The position numbers and the translations under genes are program-made. From the NCBI GenBank assembly GCA_046563655.1, contig CM102286.1, positions 1,116,001 through 1,180,000 of the forward strand: DNA of 64,000 bases, written 5' to 3'. Positions 14,095 to 26,921 of the stretch are shown here, piece by piece (the stretch's first letter is position 1; each line of letters begins with the position of its first letter). A model generated the notes under the pieces. That model worked only from the letters and a program-made list of their open reading frames with translations. It ran no database searches and was not told the DNA's origin. This DNA comes from Yuukianura sp. NJ FZ-2021. Its lineage: Eukaryota.

Positions 14095-15081
14095 ATGAAA
14101 ATTGCAGACGATCGAGTTTTGCAAATAAGTGAAATCTTGAAATGCATCGAAAAAGCTACGGACTTCATTCGACACAAAACGAATCCAGTTTTTGGTCTTC
14201 AATCGACGTTTATCGGTACCTCACGACATGAATTGCAAATTCCGTCGCCATTTCCACCAGAACAGTTCACGACTCTTCTAGCTCTGGATCTTCTCGACGG
14301 TAAAGTGGAGCCGAACATCATCCAAAATTGGCGAAAAAGTCTCAAAGGCTGTCAAGATTTATCAAAATCCACTGCAAACTTTTTTTACCCAAACAATTCC
14401 TATAATCTTCCAGACGATGTTGACACTACTTCCCTTTTTTACCTCACGCATGCTCAATACTTTTCAAACGAAGAATTGCTCCAAGTCGGCCAGTCGATGC
14501 TTCAAAATGTCACCAAAACCGGAATTATTCAAACTTACTTCCCGCCTCAAGGACATCGCATTCGGGTCGACTGCATTGCTAATGCCAACTGCATGAGACT
14601 TCTGTATCGCTTGGGGCTGGACGCAGACGCTGAAAAAACTGAAAGCGACATCTACCACAATTTAGTGTCAAACGAATTTTTGAATGGATCTCGCTACTAC
14701 TTTTCGCCAGACACATTTTTGTACTTTGTTGCTCGAGCTGTTGGCACGACCGAGCGTTCGAGATCAATGTTTCTGGAACCGACGCTGACAGCGATTCTTC
14801 AGCGCATGGGCATTAGTTCTCAACCGCTAGATTCTGCGCAGAAGATCTTGGCTCTGCATTATCTCAATGTGCTACACGGAAATGAAGTTGATTGGCATGG
14901 AGTTGTTGAAAACGAAGTTCAAAATTTGATCGAAAAGCAAATGGAGGATGGCGGGTGGGAGGAAGATTCGGTTTTCAAATTTGGAAGCAAGGAAATTCTT
15001 CTCGGAGGGAGAGAAATTACTTCCGTTTTTGCATTGGCTGCGCTGATTTCATACGCAGACTCTTTAACTTTTCGATGTTAA
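14095..15081 (+). CDS. Intronless class II terpene cyclase domain protein (DxDTT type, like the cyclase domain of AstC/drimenol-synthase enzymes) without a HAD domain
   Basis: Single 328-aa ORF with PDDVDTTS, RVDCIANAN, GSRYYFSPDTFLYF, the QW-type motif QMEDGGW and GGREITSVFALAAL. TATAAAA near 13958. Confidence 0.8.
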   Translation: MKIADDRVLQISEILKCIEKATDFIRHKTNPVFGLQSTFIGTSRHELQIPSPFPPEQFTTLLALDLLDGKVEPNIIQNWRKSLKGCQDLSKSTANFFYPNNSYNLPDDVDTTSLFYLTHAQYFSNEELLQVGQSMLQNVTKTGIIQTYFPPQGHRIRVDCIANANCMRLLYRLGLDADAEKTESDIYHNLVSNEFLNGSRYYFSPDTFLYFVARAVGTTERSRSMFLEPTLTAILQRMGISSQPLDSAQKILALHYLNVLHGNEVDWHGVVENEVQNLIEKQMEDGGWEEDSVFKFGSKEILLGGREITSVFALAALISYADSLTFRC

Positions 15082-15775
15082 TTCGTTTAAGTTATTAATC
15101 TTATAAAAGATAAGTTTTACCATACTTTGATTACTGTTTACTTAATTTTTCTAATTACTGATTACTAACTAATCATACTGTATTATTCAGTTTCACTTAA
15201 AAAACTAGGTTTAAGATTACAGCTATACACATACGTTTGGATTCAAACAAAAATAAAGTTTCAAAAACGGTTTTAAAAAACAAACAAAAATTTGTGTTAC
15301 CTAATTAATTTTTTTATTGCAATGTTGGATGTAAATCTGACGTCAGCACATTGATGTCTTTCAGATTGGCGTATGTGTAATGCTACACATCGTTAAGAAA
15401 ATTAAATGTAACATAAAACCGGTTCTACCGGACACCAATTAAAATTTTTGTTCCAATTTTTGTTGTTGCATTGACGTACTTTCAATTATTTTTTCATTTC
15501 ACAGAAGATAAGCTTAAAAACAAATTAAAGTGAAAATTCAACTACCACTTTAAAACCGAACTTGGGTGAAAATCTGTCAAAAAAAGACATTTAAAGTTTT
15601 TTATTTGATGCTAATTTTCAAAAAGTTGTTTGAATATTTGCTAGTTTGAAAGTCTTACAAGTTTATTGACTACTTTTGTAAGCTATTGTGAGCTTAACTC
15701 AAGTCACCGAAAAGTCATCTGAGGTCAACTACGTTCCCAATGCTGAAATGGGTACAGGTCACGAGGTCATTGACC

Positions 15776-16828
15776 TCACTTCAACTTTGCAAAAATCCTG
15801 ATAGGTGACCCCGTCCCGCCTTCTACTTTCAATGGAAACAAAAATAGATTGAATCCTTTTGCCGGGAGAATATGCAAGTTGGCGACATTTTCCATTAGGA
15901 AAATGTTGCGAGCGCCCATGTACGAGTGCACAGGAAAAGTCTAAAAAATTTGAGCAATTTAAGATCATTAAAAACAGTTTTAACCTTTGACCTTCTCCGG
16001 TAAGAATTTTGATACCTCAGTGTACCCAACGTCCAGTGATACTAAAAAGTTAAGAAACAATTGAAAAATATGTCGAAATATGCTGCAGTTTTTTTTTCAC
16101 TAACCAACATCAACTCCAACACCGAAAACGCCTCGTTCTGCAAAAACTTTTGCAGATCCGAGACCCAATCCTGGAAACGAGCAGCATTTCGGATCATTTC
16201 CAATAAAGTCTTTTCCATCCGTTAAAAATTTGTCTCCCCACCCAGTTCGCACAAAAACGACGGAACCAGAAGGGATTTTGCCATTCCGTTGTTCCCACCT
16301 AAACGTTTAACTAACTTTTAGTTAAGTTAAATTTTAATTATTCTTAGTTTTTAAGTCTAATTACTCCAAAATATCTTCTTTTCCAACTGCATAGTTGCGT
16401 TTGACCGGATTTACTTTGGTTATTTTCCAGGACATGTCGATCATAATGCCCGGAATGTCCATGAGTCGTTCCAGCGGAATGTCAGTGAGTTTCCACATGC
16501 CAGGAAAAACGTGAAACGGAGCGTCAATGTGTGTTGACATATGTTCACTCATGATGAACGACTGAGATGCAACCCTGTCAACAACAATTAGGTCAACTGC
16601 AATACAGTCAACAAGTATTTTTATAACTTACCAGTCGTTGGCGTCGTCAGGTTGGTGACGTTCTGGCCCATCCATCTCGTCGTGTCGTTCAAACCGTCGA
16701 TGTGTTGGCCAAAGTGGCGTTTCAGAGCCAATTGGATACGTAAGGTCAACATAACGTGCTGGAGTAACAAAATTCCAGAAATTTCCAAAGAGAAAAAATT
16801 CTATAAAAAAATTTGTACTGGAATACAT
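15776..16828 (-). CDS. Kynurenine formamidase-like / putative cyclase family metal-dependent hydrolase
   Basis: YVDLTYPI; EHMSTHIDAPFH (HxGTHxDAPxH variant); FVRTGW; FPGLG; GVGVD; C-terminal PLKVEGGTGSPIRIFAKLK*; about five exons; hydrophobic N-terminus. Confidence 0.88.
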
Positions 16829-17280
16829 TTTTACTAAACAGTTTTTATGAACTGAAGACGCCGACAGTTGGAATCGAACTCACCACTTTTTCAATTTCCA
16901 GCGTCGGTTTTGACCCTAACGAGAGTTCTTAATTAAGAAATGGCTTGACACAGATTGACATACGTCACTGATTTGACATGTGTCTGTTCAAATTGTGCAA
17001 AAACTGAGTTGCTGTCAATTTAATAAATGTGCATTTAGGTCAACTTTGTTTTGATCAACATCAAAGTTCCATTACAAATGAGATTACTTTCGGACAACTA
17101 AAAGCTTTTGCGGATTTTCACACTAATTAAATTATGTACCTACAAACAATTTTAGTTAAACTTGACATCAAACCAATTAAGTTAGTTTCATAATTTACTA
17201 CTACATTATGTTAGAGAATTGGGTGACAGGTCACGAGGTCAGATTCAGAATGGTCACTGGTTGCTTAGCAACCAATTGAT

Positions 17281-20200
17281 TTAGGCATAGTAAGCCCAAA
17301 TGCAAATTCCAATGGTCATGAGAAGCACAGCATTTCCACTGGCAAATCTACAAATCCAGAAATTGTCCAATTTTGTTAAAATCATTTGAAATTTTTGGAA
17401 ATTTTTTCAATTGTTAACTCACCTCCGCCAGAATTTGTTTTCATTCAAAAATTTTGCGGCTTCCATGGCTTCTTCCTCCAGCGTGGCTCGAGGCGTGACG
17501 TTCTTGTCATTTTCTGGTTCCGGAGCAACAGAATCCGAAGACAACCCGCAGAAACAATTGACAGCTTTTCTGAAATAAGAAGCTTCTGCTTCATCGTTGA
17601 CGATTTGCACTGCTGAGTTCTTCCGCGCCTGCGCGTTGATCTCTTTCTGCTGGTTGTCAATCGGCTCTCTGACGGCAGTGCTCGTCTTTGTCCAGAATGT
17701 GAGTCTGTGTAACTTATCAGGGTCAATGGGTTCAGTGAGGTAACTGATCACAGTAGTCACGATCAGAGTGACAAAGAACAGTCCAATGCCGTAGTGAAGG
17801 TAGTGAACTTCCTTCAAAAATGTTTTGATCCACAGAGGGCGAGCGTCCTCTTCCACTAAATCCATTCAAAAATTAATTTTGAAAACTCCATGCACCATTT
17901 TTTTTTTGAAATTTCAGAGAAACTTACATGATCCGCATGCAGGAGCAATAAATGAGAACTCAAGGACGAATCGGAAGAGTCCCAGCACCAGTCCGGTCAT
18001 CAGTCCCCAAAATGCTCCCTAAAACACACAAAACTTATTGACTTTTTGAAAAGAACTTTTGACATGTCACACAACTGACATAAAATTGAAGCATGCAGAA
18101 AAAAGCAGTGGACAGAAATGGCATGAATAAAAAACGGCGGACAGAAATGACATAAACAAAAAACGGTGGACAAAAACGGCATGTAGAAAAATAGAAGCAT
18201 GCAAGAAGCAAGGTCTATTCACTCAAACTTACAAGTAATACAGAAGAATTGTGTCAAAATTAACGCAAATCAACAATGTTTTTCCTACTTGAGAGTCATG
18301 CGCATGCCAAAGTAAACACTTGGAAATTAAGGTGAAAACATGTTCATGCCAAGACGTTAAGTGAAAATTACATAATGTCGACTTTCACCTGCTCTGTTGT
18401 ACGCTGTGAAGCGATGGCCGTGAAGTACACAGCACAAACGGGAGGAGCCAAGTAAGAAGTGATGCTTTGAATGTACGTAAACAGTTGAGACTCACGATAT
18501 GCCAAAATAATTGGAACCCACACAATACTCACCGCCACCAAAAACAGAACAAACAACCTGTGTCAAACGTTAATTAAAATTAATTCATCAACCTTCCACA
18601 AAAATTCTTGTTTGTTCTCCACTAAACCAATGTCAAAAACTAACAAACCGTCAAACACCTCTCAAATTTGTCCTACATACACGCTCTCTAACTAAAAAAT
18701 ATACCACAACCTTGGAACAAATTTGCACCAAAACCCCAACAAATTTTTGAAAAAATTTGCAAAAATCGCCCGAAAACCCCGGAAAAAAAGCTTCGAAGCC
18801 CCAGCGGTATTTTTGTGTCGTTTTAAATTTGAAGTTACCGGTTCGTTTGTCCTAGGCACAAAAATGGCCAATAGGAAAACAGCAGCTATCGGAGGTGACA
18901 GGAAGTTTGAAACTTGTTGAATGTAAACGAAGAGTTGTGGGGAATTTAGGTTGCTCAGGACAGGGACCCAGAGAACTGAGATCACCATGACAACGCCAAC
19001 AGATGCCCTTTGAATTTGTATCCATGGTTACTATATCCTAGCATATGCAGCTAATGTCATTACATCTACGTGACTTACCTGCCAACAATTAGGAGTTCCG
19101 TATCAGACGGATTTTTTCTAAAACGTGTCCAAATGTCAATTGTGAAAATTGTTGAAGAAGAATTGAAAATTGAGGTCAATGAACTCATGAGAGCAGCCAA
19201 CATTACAGCAAGTAATAATCCAGAGAGGCCTATAACATTCAAAAAGTTGCACTTTTTCAAAATTTTGAATTTGAATTTCGCGCCATTTTGAACTTTCAAT
19301 ATTGCATACCAACTGGCATCAACTTGATGACGAGTTCAGCATAAGCTATATTTGTACATCCGCTTCTCGAGCCACAAACTTCATAGCAAACGTCCGGATC
19401 TGCACAGGCCACGCGATCAGTAAACAAAACCCGAGCGGCCATTCCCGGGAAAACTCTTAAAAAAACCAAAATTTTCAAAATTCAAAATTTGATTTCCCGC
19501 GAACTTTCTTTGAATTTTAAAAATTCGGTACTTACAGAAGGTACATTGGCAACAGTTTGAGGTATCCCGCCAGAATGCAGCCTCCCTTGGCATGCGTCAT
19601 GTTTTTTGACGCAAGTGCTCTCTGTACAATAACCTGATCTGAGCACCAGTACCAAATGGACGAAATTGTGAGTCCAAAAATGACGCCAGTCCATGGGAGG
19701 TCACTGTCCAGGTCACGGAAGAGATGCATTGCATCCTCAGGTACTGCACCACAACTTTTGTTATTGGCATCGTAGAGAGTTGCGTTTTCAGAGGGATTTG
19801 CGTTCATAAATCGCCTGATCAATTCATTGTAGCCGCCAACAGCATTGAACGACAGGATCATCAAAATCACTGAACCGACTAACATTAAAACTGTTTGGAC
19901 AAAGTCAGTCCAAATCACTAAAAATTGAAACAAAAAAACATCACCAATTTTTAAGAAACTTAAAAAAACTTCAACTAACATACTAAATTTAACGTGAAAA
20001 TTATAGCTCATGCGTACCTGCTGTCAGCCCTCCAGCGATTGTAAAAACTGCAGCGATTGCAAGTAGAATCATGATTGAAATATACAGTCCTCCATCTCCA
20101 GATAATCCAAGAGCCAGTTGAATAAAAAGTGCTCCAGCGTACAAGTCAGCCTTAACAAATTTTTAACTTTTCAAATTTTAACAAAATTTGAAAAGTTTTA

Positions 20201-21558
20201 CTTTGGATTTTTGTTATGTGGAAGAGTTACCGAAATTTTAGTAAATACATAAAGAATCAAAGCGAGGACGGCCAGGTAAACCCGAATTCTTTGCCCGCCA
20301 AACCGAATTCTCAAGTATTCCGGCATTGTGTAAATTCCTGCCGCCATGTACACGGGAATGAAAATCCATCCAAGAATCATCAGCACAAAAATTGCCTAAA
20401 GGCATAACAAAATCTTCAAAAAATTGTATTTTAGCAAATTTTTGTACAATTTCTCAAAAATTTGGTCTACATTTAGCTCAAAAGCGGCAATTCCAATTCC
20501 AGAAGCAGCTCCAGATCCAGCGAGACCAATGAAATGTCCACTGCCAATATTTGAAGCAAACAGGCTGGCGCCAACTGGAATCCAATGCATACTCCGAGAA
20601 GCCAAAAAGTAGCCAGAAACGCTTGATCGCTTGCTTCTGTAAGAAGACTTAAAGAAACAAAAAATTTTCTTAAAACAGAAAACGGCTTAACATTTTAAAG
20701 AAGGTGTCAAAAAGCTTCGGCCGATAAACGTTTTCAGTTTCCTAGAAAGCTTTTATATTATCATTACATGTAAAATATCCATAAAACGGAGCAAATGGAC
20801 TAAAAATATCTGCTTTAACAAAGATCCACTACAAGGATGTCCAAGTTATGGACAAGGTTTCACTGTACAAGTTATGGTTTTGCATGATTACGTAATGTGA
20901 ACTGTCAGTTATCACTCGTTGCCATGTCTACATAACGTTCTTTGATGTTATTTTTGGTACTGTCCTGTCTTCTCTTAATAAAAATTCAGTGTTACATGAA
21001 ATCGGGGGATAAGACAACGATTGTCTTTGTGTAAAAGAAAATAAGTGAACGCCATACTTGAAAAGTCTCACGCGCGTTAAGAATTGACTGTTCATAAGCA
21101 ACGTTGAGCCGCTGCTAACACAACTCTTCAATTTCTATGGAAATACAAGCTCAAGTCAAGCACAAAATTTTCTCCTTTCAGGAAATTTTCTGATTCGGAA
21201 TAAATTAGGAAAACAAAAATTTTTTCTGACCTAAAATAGTTTGGTTGTGCTTGTGGAGATTCTCTAATTAATTCTAAGAAACTGATTCCATCTAAGGTAC
21301 TAATTACGATAACAAAAATTATGAATTTTGGTTAAGTCGTGTCACGAAAACGCAGCGCGTGTTACATCACTCGCAGAAGAAACGCAAAATTTTAAGTTTC
21401 CAAACAAAAAATTTAGAAAATTAAATCTGACAACCTATTTTTTGAAATGAAAGTAAAGTTTGAATTTCACTTACGTAAAGTCCAACTCCAAGGACAAAAG
21501 TAAAGTAGAGTGCAATGACAATAAAGTCAACAAACGTCGGTTGCTTTCTGGTGTCCAT
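17281..21558 (-). CDS. SLC5A sodium/glucose (SGLT/SMIT-like) cotransporter
   Basis: [96 protein letters not shown]; ends IWAYYA*. Confidence 0.95.
18088..18210. repeat. Degenerate ~29-bp tandem repeat in an SLC5A intron
   Basis: Three to four units like gcatg..aaaaa(cg)g(t/c)ggacagaaatg. Confidence 0.6.
18389..18557 (-). other. SLC5A alternative exon A (169 nt)
   Basis: AG/GT bounded; encodes [17 protein letters not shown]...[33 protein letters not shown]. Confidence 0.85.
18839..19007 (-). other. SLC5A alternative exon B (169 nt)
   Basis: AG/GT bounded; encodes [17 protein letters not shown]...[33 protein letters not shown]; homologous to exon A. Confidence 0.85.
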
Positions 21559-23739
21559 TTTGATGTCTCCAAGAAATCAGAAACTAACCAAACTCCGAAC
21601 TGTTCTTTTTTCAAAATGGAACAAAAAACTGAAATGCTTTTAAAATTTGGAGATCTGGAAAATAGAAGATGTGATCTTGTGTGTCGGTTACAGACGAATG
21701 GCTTGTGTTAGGAGACGCTAAACAGAGAAAGTCGCTTTCTCCACGCGTTGTGCTCTGCAATGTCTCCCACGTACAGCTTTCTACTCCAACTTCATACTTC
21801 TGCAACCCAAAAAACAAGAGTTATTTAACACAATTTTTTTTTATGTCACATGAATTTGAAATATTTTTGAAAAAGCAATTGATATATAAATTCTTGCCTT
21901 TTCTGACAGAAATCGAGCCGGATCAGAATTTTTTGTGACAGTTGACAGAAAAACGCAAGGTAACGTTCAAAACAATTTGGAATGGAACTTGTTGATCAAA
22001 ACGTGTTGTAATCGATTAAAATGAGTAAAACCGATTAAAATCAGTGAATCTTTTAGAACACTGAGGTTATTTGAAGGTCCTACAGCAGGTGGATGTTGAG
22101 AATAAAAACAAGTGGAGTGTTATTTGCTCTTGCCTTGGAGGAAATGGGACCTTAAACTTCGTAGATTCCGTTGCTTCCAAAGTAAAGTTCCGCTTCTACT
22201 TCTAATGAATTTTGTGACAGACAACTGAAATTGGAAAGTGTGCAGAAGCATAATTACGAACTTAATCACCACTTCGTTTTCCAATGGCCTCCAATGAACC
22301 AGGAGATGCGTTTTCCTTATGACTTCAACCTAACTGATCCATAATAGACAACACGAGGACCAATTTGTTGACAGATTTGGTTCACAACCAAATCCTGATC
22401 TGATTATCAAAACAACAATTGACTTCCCAGTCATGCTTCGGTAGGAAAACTGTGTCAAACTAGTATTTACATGCAAAAACTGTTTTTCCAATTTCATGTA
22501 ACAATACATAAAGGGGAAAATTACGACTGAAGACTTTCCAAGTATTGTTGTAATGACGCTTGTAAATTGTCGGTTTTTGTTGCATTGTAAAGGAAAACAC
22601 CAGAAAACCATTTTATGCAATTGTGTCTTTCCCATGTCCGTCTGTTTGTCTGAAAAAAAAATTGAGCCACTCCTCTGAAAAAAAATTCTGTTTAGTTTTC
22701 ATTTCAATTAATTGAAAACCTTTTATGTTTACTTTAATATGTTTTATATTTACTTTAATATACTTTTATAATTAAACACTAACATGAGTTTCTTTGGATA
22801 AACATTGGAGTAGTACTCCTGTGCTTCGTTTTTGTAATTTTGTGTGACTTGCGTGCATCAGTATGGAGTCTAATTTGAGGAAATTGAATTCAAGGTTACT
22901 ACAATTCCATGGATTGTTTAGCACATCCGACGTCAATTGTTACGTAAAATGCAATGCCACACTGCAACAGGAATTAGTCATCACTGCTACACTACTTTGG
23001 TAACATAACACCGTCGTCGTTCCCAGAATGACTGAATTCAATTTTTGACATAAAAAGTTCACTATTTTGTTTCCACAAAAAGCTACTTTAACTTTTCTCT
23101 TTAGCAGGAATTGGATTGCAATATTTTTTGCTTTTTGGTTTGCTTTTTGTGACTAAGGATTTTTGTTTTATAAAAAAAAAGTCACATGATTTCCATTTTT
23201 TTATGAAGAGTTTACACAATCATATCCTTCGCATCTTCATTAGAAGTAATTGACGTGTAATTATTTCCTGGAAATCGTGTGCTATGTGACGACATTTCGC
23301 CAATTTTTTTTATCTGTGTCGAATATTTTGCTAAGCTACAAAGTCAAGTAGGTTTCATTTTAATACCTAAAATTTTAAGTAATGCTTTGTAATTTTTTGT
23401 TTGAAAAAATCCGACCTTTTTCGAAAACATTGTTCTCTAATTTCATTTTGCTTTCACTGAGATCGTATGATTTTAACAGTAGTTTTTAAGATAATGACTT
23501 TAGTAGCATCAAACAAAAACGGCTTTTGCGCTTTATTTTTTTCGCAAGTTTAATACAAAACCTTGTCAAATGTTATCTTCAGTGACGTTGAGAAATTTAT
23601 TGAAGCTTATTACAGAAGATGTGACAGATATGATATAAAACAAAAAGTTTTTAGTGTCAAGTTCGCAAATTTTAATAACTAAAAATGCAATTCTAATTTG
23701 TTTTCAACTCCTGGAGAAGTTTTCACTAAAAAACTAAAA

Positions 23740-26313
23740 ATGTTGAAACTGCTGTTCTACTGCCTTTTGTTTTTCTTATTTGTTACTGAGATTGTTAAAG
23801 GTCAAAGGTCAAAACCTCCGCCTAGAATAGATGTTAGTCAAGTATCTTGGCACAGTTTAAGTGAGGAATTGATTCCATTTAGTAACGGTGTTTTGGAATT
23901 GACTGCTGAACACTTTGGCAGCATCAATTCAGAAGACAAAACATATTTTGTCTACATCAGTTGTCATTCCAGTGAGCCCATTGAGTGGATCATTGATGGA
24001 CCAGTGGTAACTTTCCAATTTCCAAAATTTCAACTTTTTTTTTTCAAAATTTTGAAAATTTTGGTTTTTAGTACAACAGTGTCCATGATTTTGACGAATA
24101 TTATGACCGAACTGACCACTGGGAAAATGATCCCAGCGGAGACACTGAAATTTTCAGAAGCCGATTGGCCGTGATTGATCCAGTGCCAGAAAATACTGAA
24201 ACTTACACATGTAGACACTTAAGGGACCCGTCCCTTAGCGCTTCCATTCACATTTTCATGAACACCGAACCTAGTAAGGTTATAATAACTTAAATTATTT
24301 TACATAACATATTTAATTATTTTAATAACATATTTTATTATATATTTTATGTATTCAGAACCAATCTTTTTCCAACCGGGCGTAACGCACTTACTCACGA
24401 CGTATCCATACAACCGAAACACGACAATTTTTTATATCGAAACGGAAAATGAAAATTCGCTAGTTCTGCTGCCGTTTCACTCGAACCAAGCTAATGCAGA
24501 TTTGCTCATTTATGCCAACGAAGTAAGTTTTAAAAAAAAAACTCTTTTTTGAAAAACTTGATTTTTAAAATTGTATTTTTAGACGCTTGAGATACCAAAT
24601 GCAGCTTGGTTTTACAATAGTAGAGAAGGACTGTATTTGAACTTGGGCCAAATTGACAACCCTTTTGCCACAACCTTCGATGTGCATGCAACAAAAGATG
24701 ATGATTTCATGTTCAACTTTCACCTTCGCAAAAACTTTACTGTTAGGCCCAATGTCACCAGAATTAATCAACCAGAACAAGATCCAATCACATTTCGGTG
24801 TTTCGCTCAAGAGCCAATCGAATTCTATTTTGATCCAACTCCAAATCCAGAAGAAGAAGGCGGGGAACGTACAAAATTCTGTAATTTAACAACAGAATGT
24901 CACCATAGCATTACTCCTAATGCATGGCCTTACAGGTCGACCTTGACATGTCGCCGTGTAAATGCATCGGAAATGACGACATCAATGTCAACTTTACATA
25001 CTTGGATGTTTACATCAGAAGAACCTCCAGTGGCAACTATTACATTGAATGAAACTGACTCCAGTGTAAAATGTTGTACAAAAGATCACTACAAACCACT
25101 GCTCCAAATCTACTCTGATTGTTACACTTTTAGTGAATGTAATTTGAGAAGAATTGAATTGGAGAGATTTGACTACACGTATAGTTCGGATCATGAAATT
25201 GAGCCAAAGTATGATGCGGAAGAAGCATGTGATGAAAAAATTATTCCATGGGGATATACACACGAAACGGTTACGGTGGCGTGTAGTGTTGGTCCAGAAG
25301 CTTTTACATTTGCGCAGTACTCGAGATCTGATCATGAAATCGGTAAAGTGAATTCAAAAATTCCAATCCAATACACGGTTTTGATCAAGGTTCCTTGACA
25401 TCCGAATTGTATTTTCTACGACAGGTTGTCCAATAACTCCCTACGTCAAAATTTTCAAACAAACCAATTTTTTCCTCCAATTTTTTTCTCCAACTGCTCG
25501 ACAACGACTAAAAAAAAAGACTTTGGCATTGAAACGGAGGCCAAGGTGAATCGGCTTCATTTTTTAAAAAATACTTTGCACAAAAACTTGAATTTGAAAA
25601 GCATGAGTTATTGGACAACCGGTTGTAAAAAAAACATTTTCTTTGTTTACAAACCTTGGTTTTGATGATGATAATGATCTTGATGATGATGATGATGTTG
25701 AATGTTTCGCAGTTGATGTGATAGCTACCGAAAATTACCCGGGTAGCTTAAGAGCTTTGTTGCTTGGAGACGACGGTTCGTACTACGAAACAAGCGAAAT
25801 AATTACGGGGAATGTCAACGACGTCATAGAAGTCGCTTGTGCTTCGGATCGCTTCTACTTTGGCAAACCAAAACTCTATGTTGACTATTGCGATCGAGAG
25901 TCGAAACAAATTTTTGGTAATTTTGGTAATTTTTGAAAAAAAAATTCTTTTTTCATGTTTTTGTTTTTGTGTTTCAAAAAGTGCCGTGTCGAGACCATTT
26001 CAACTACGGCCTCAACTGGCACTTTTGTGCTGGAGATGTTCAACTTTCAGATGAAAAAATAATCGGAATTAGTTGTCGAGCGGGAAAATTAAATTCAAAA
26101 GAAAAATGGAATTTCGAAACACTCAAAGTTTCAGTTAGTAGCAGTGAGTACTATGTCAAAACGTTTAAAATTCGAAAACATCTTGACAAAAGAAGAAAAG
26201 TTATTTAATAATTTTTTGTTTAAATTTCAGCAGCTTCCAGCTATAGCATCAGCGGTGCAACTATTGTCGCTTTTTTAATATTCGCTTTCACAACGTGCCT
26301 ATTCTTCAATTAA
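23740..26313 (+). CDS. Secreted or cell-surface Cys-containing protein with Ig-like segments and a hydrophobic C-terminal tail (possible GPI anchor); function unknown
   Basis: Signal peptide MLKLLFYCLLFFLFVTEIVKG; ISCHSSEPIEW...YTCRH pattern; several GT-AG exons; ends GATIVAFLIFAFTTCLFFN*. Confidence 0.6.
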
Positions 26314-26921
26314 ATCTGCTGCTCTTTCTGTACGGTGTGAAGTCTTTGTTCAAACGAAAACCGTTTTCATTTTTTTCCCAAAATGTTCCCAAAAATCAAA
26401 AACTGTTTTGCTACTAATAAAAATTAATACTTTTTAGTAACTTCTATTCTTTTAATGCTCCGTTTCTTTTTGGGTTTTTAATTACTCGTTGTAATTTTTA
26501 GTACTTTTTTATCATTAGTACGATGATTTGTATTTTCTTTTTCTTGTCATGGCTATGATTTTTATTGCTTTTTCTTATCATTGCATGGTTTTTGATCCTG
26601 TCGATACGAATTAAATAGTAGAATGAAATAAATTTTTGACCAATCTTTCAATGCATTGTGCAAACTTCATTTGTTGGTGTTTTTTTTTAGTGTATTCACA
26701 TAATTAGTTAACATAACTGCAATGAAACCACAACAAATTAGAGTGAAATTTATGTGTATTGGGTCACGATTACTTTTAACATCGTGGGGCCAAAGCTTTC
26801 TTTCAAAAGACATGAAATGTAAAAGTATGAAAACAAAGTTGATTAATTACGTAAAACTCAAAACTTTTATTTTCATTTTACTTTTGATTGTGCAACAAGT
26901 AGTATTCGAACTTTTGAAATC

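Noticed and set aside
22120..23040. Small secreted-peptide gene or pseudogene fragments
   Set aside because: Coding-like composition but several stops and no recognisable family.
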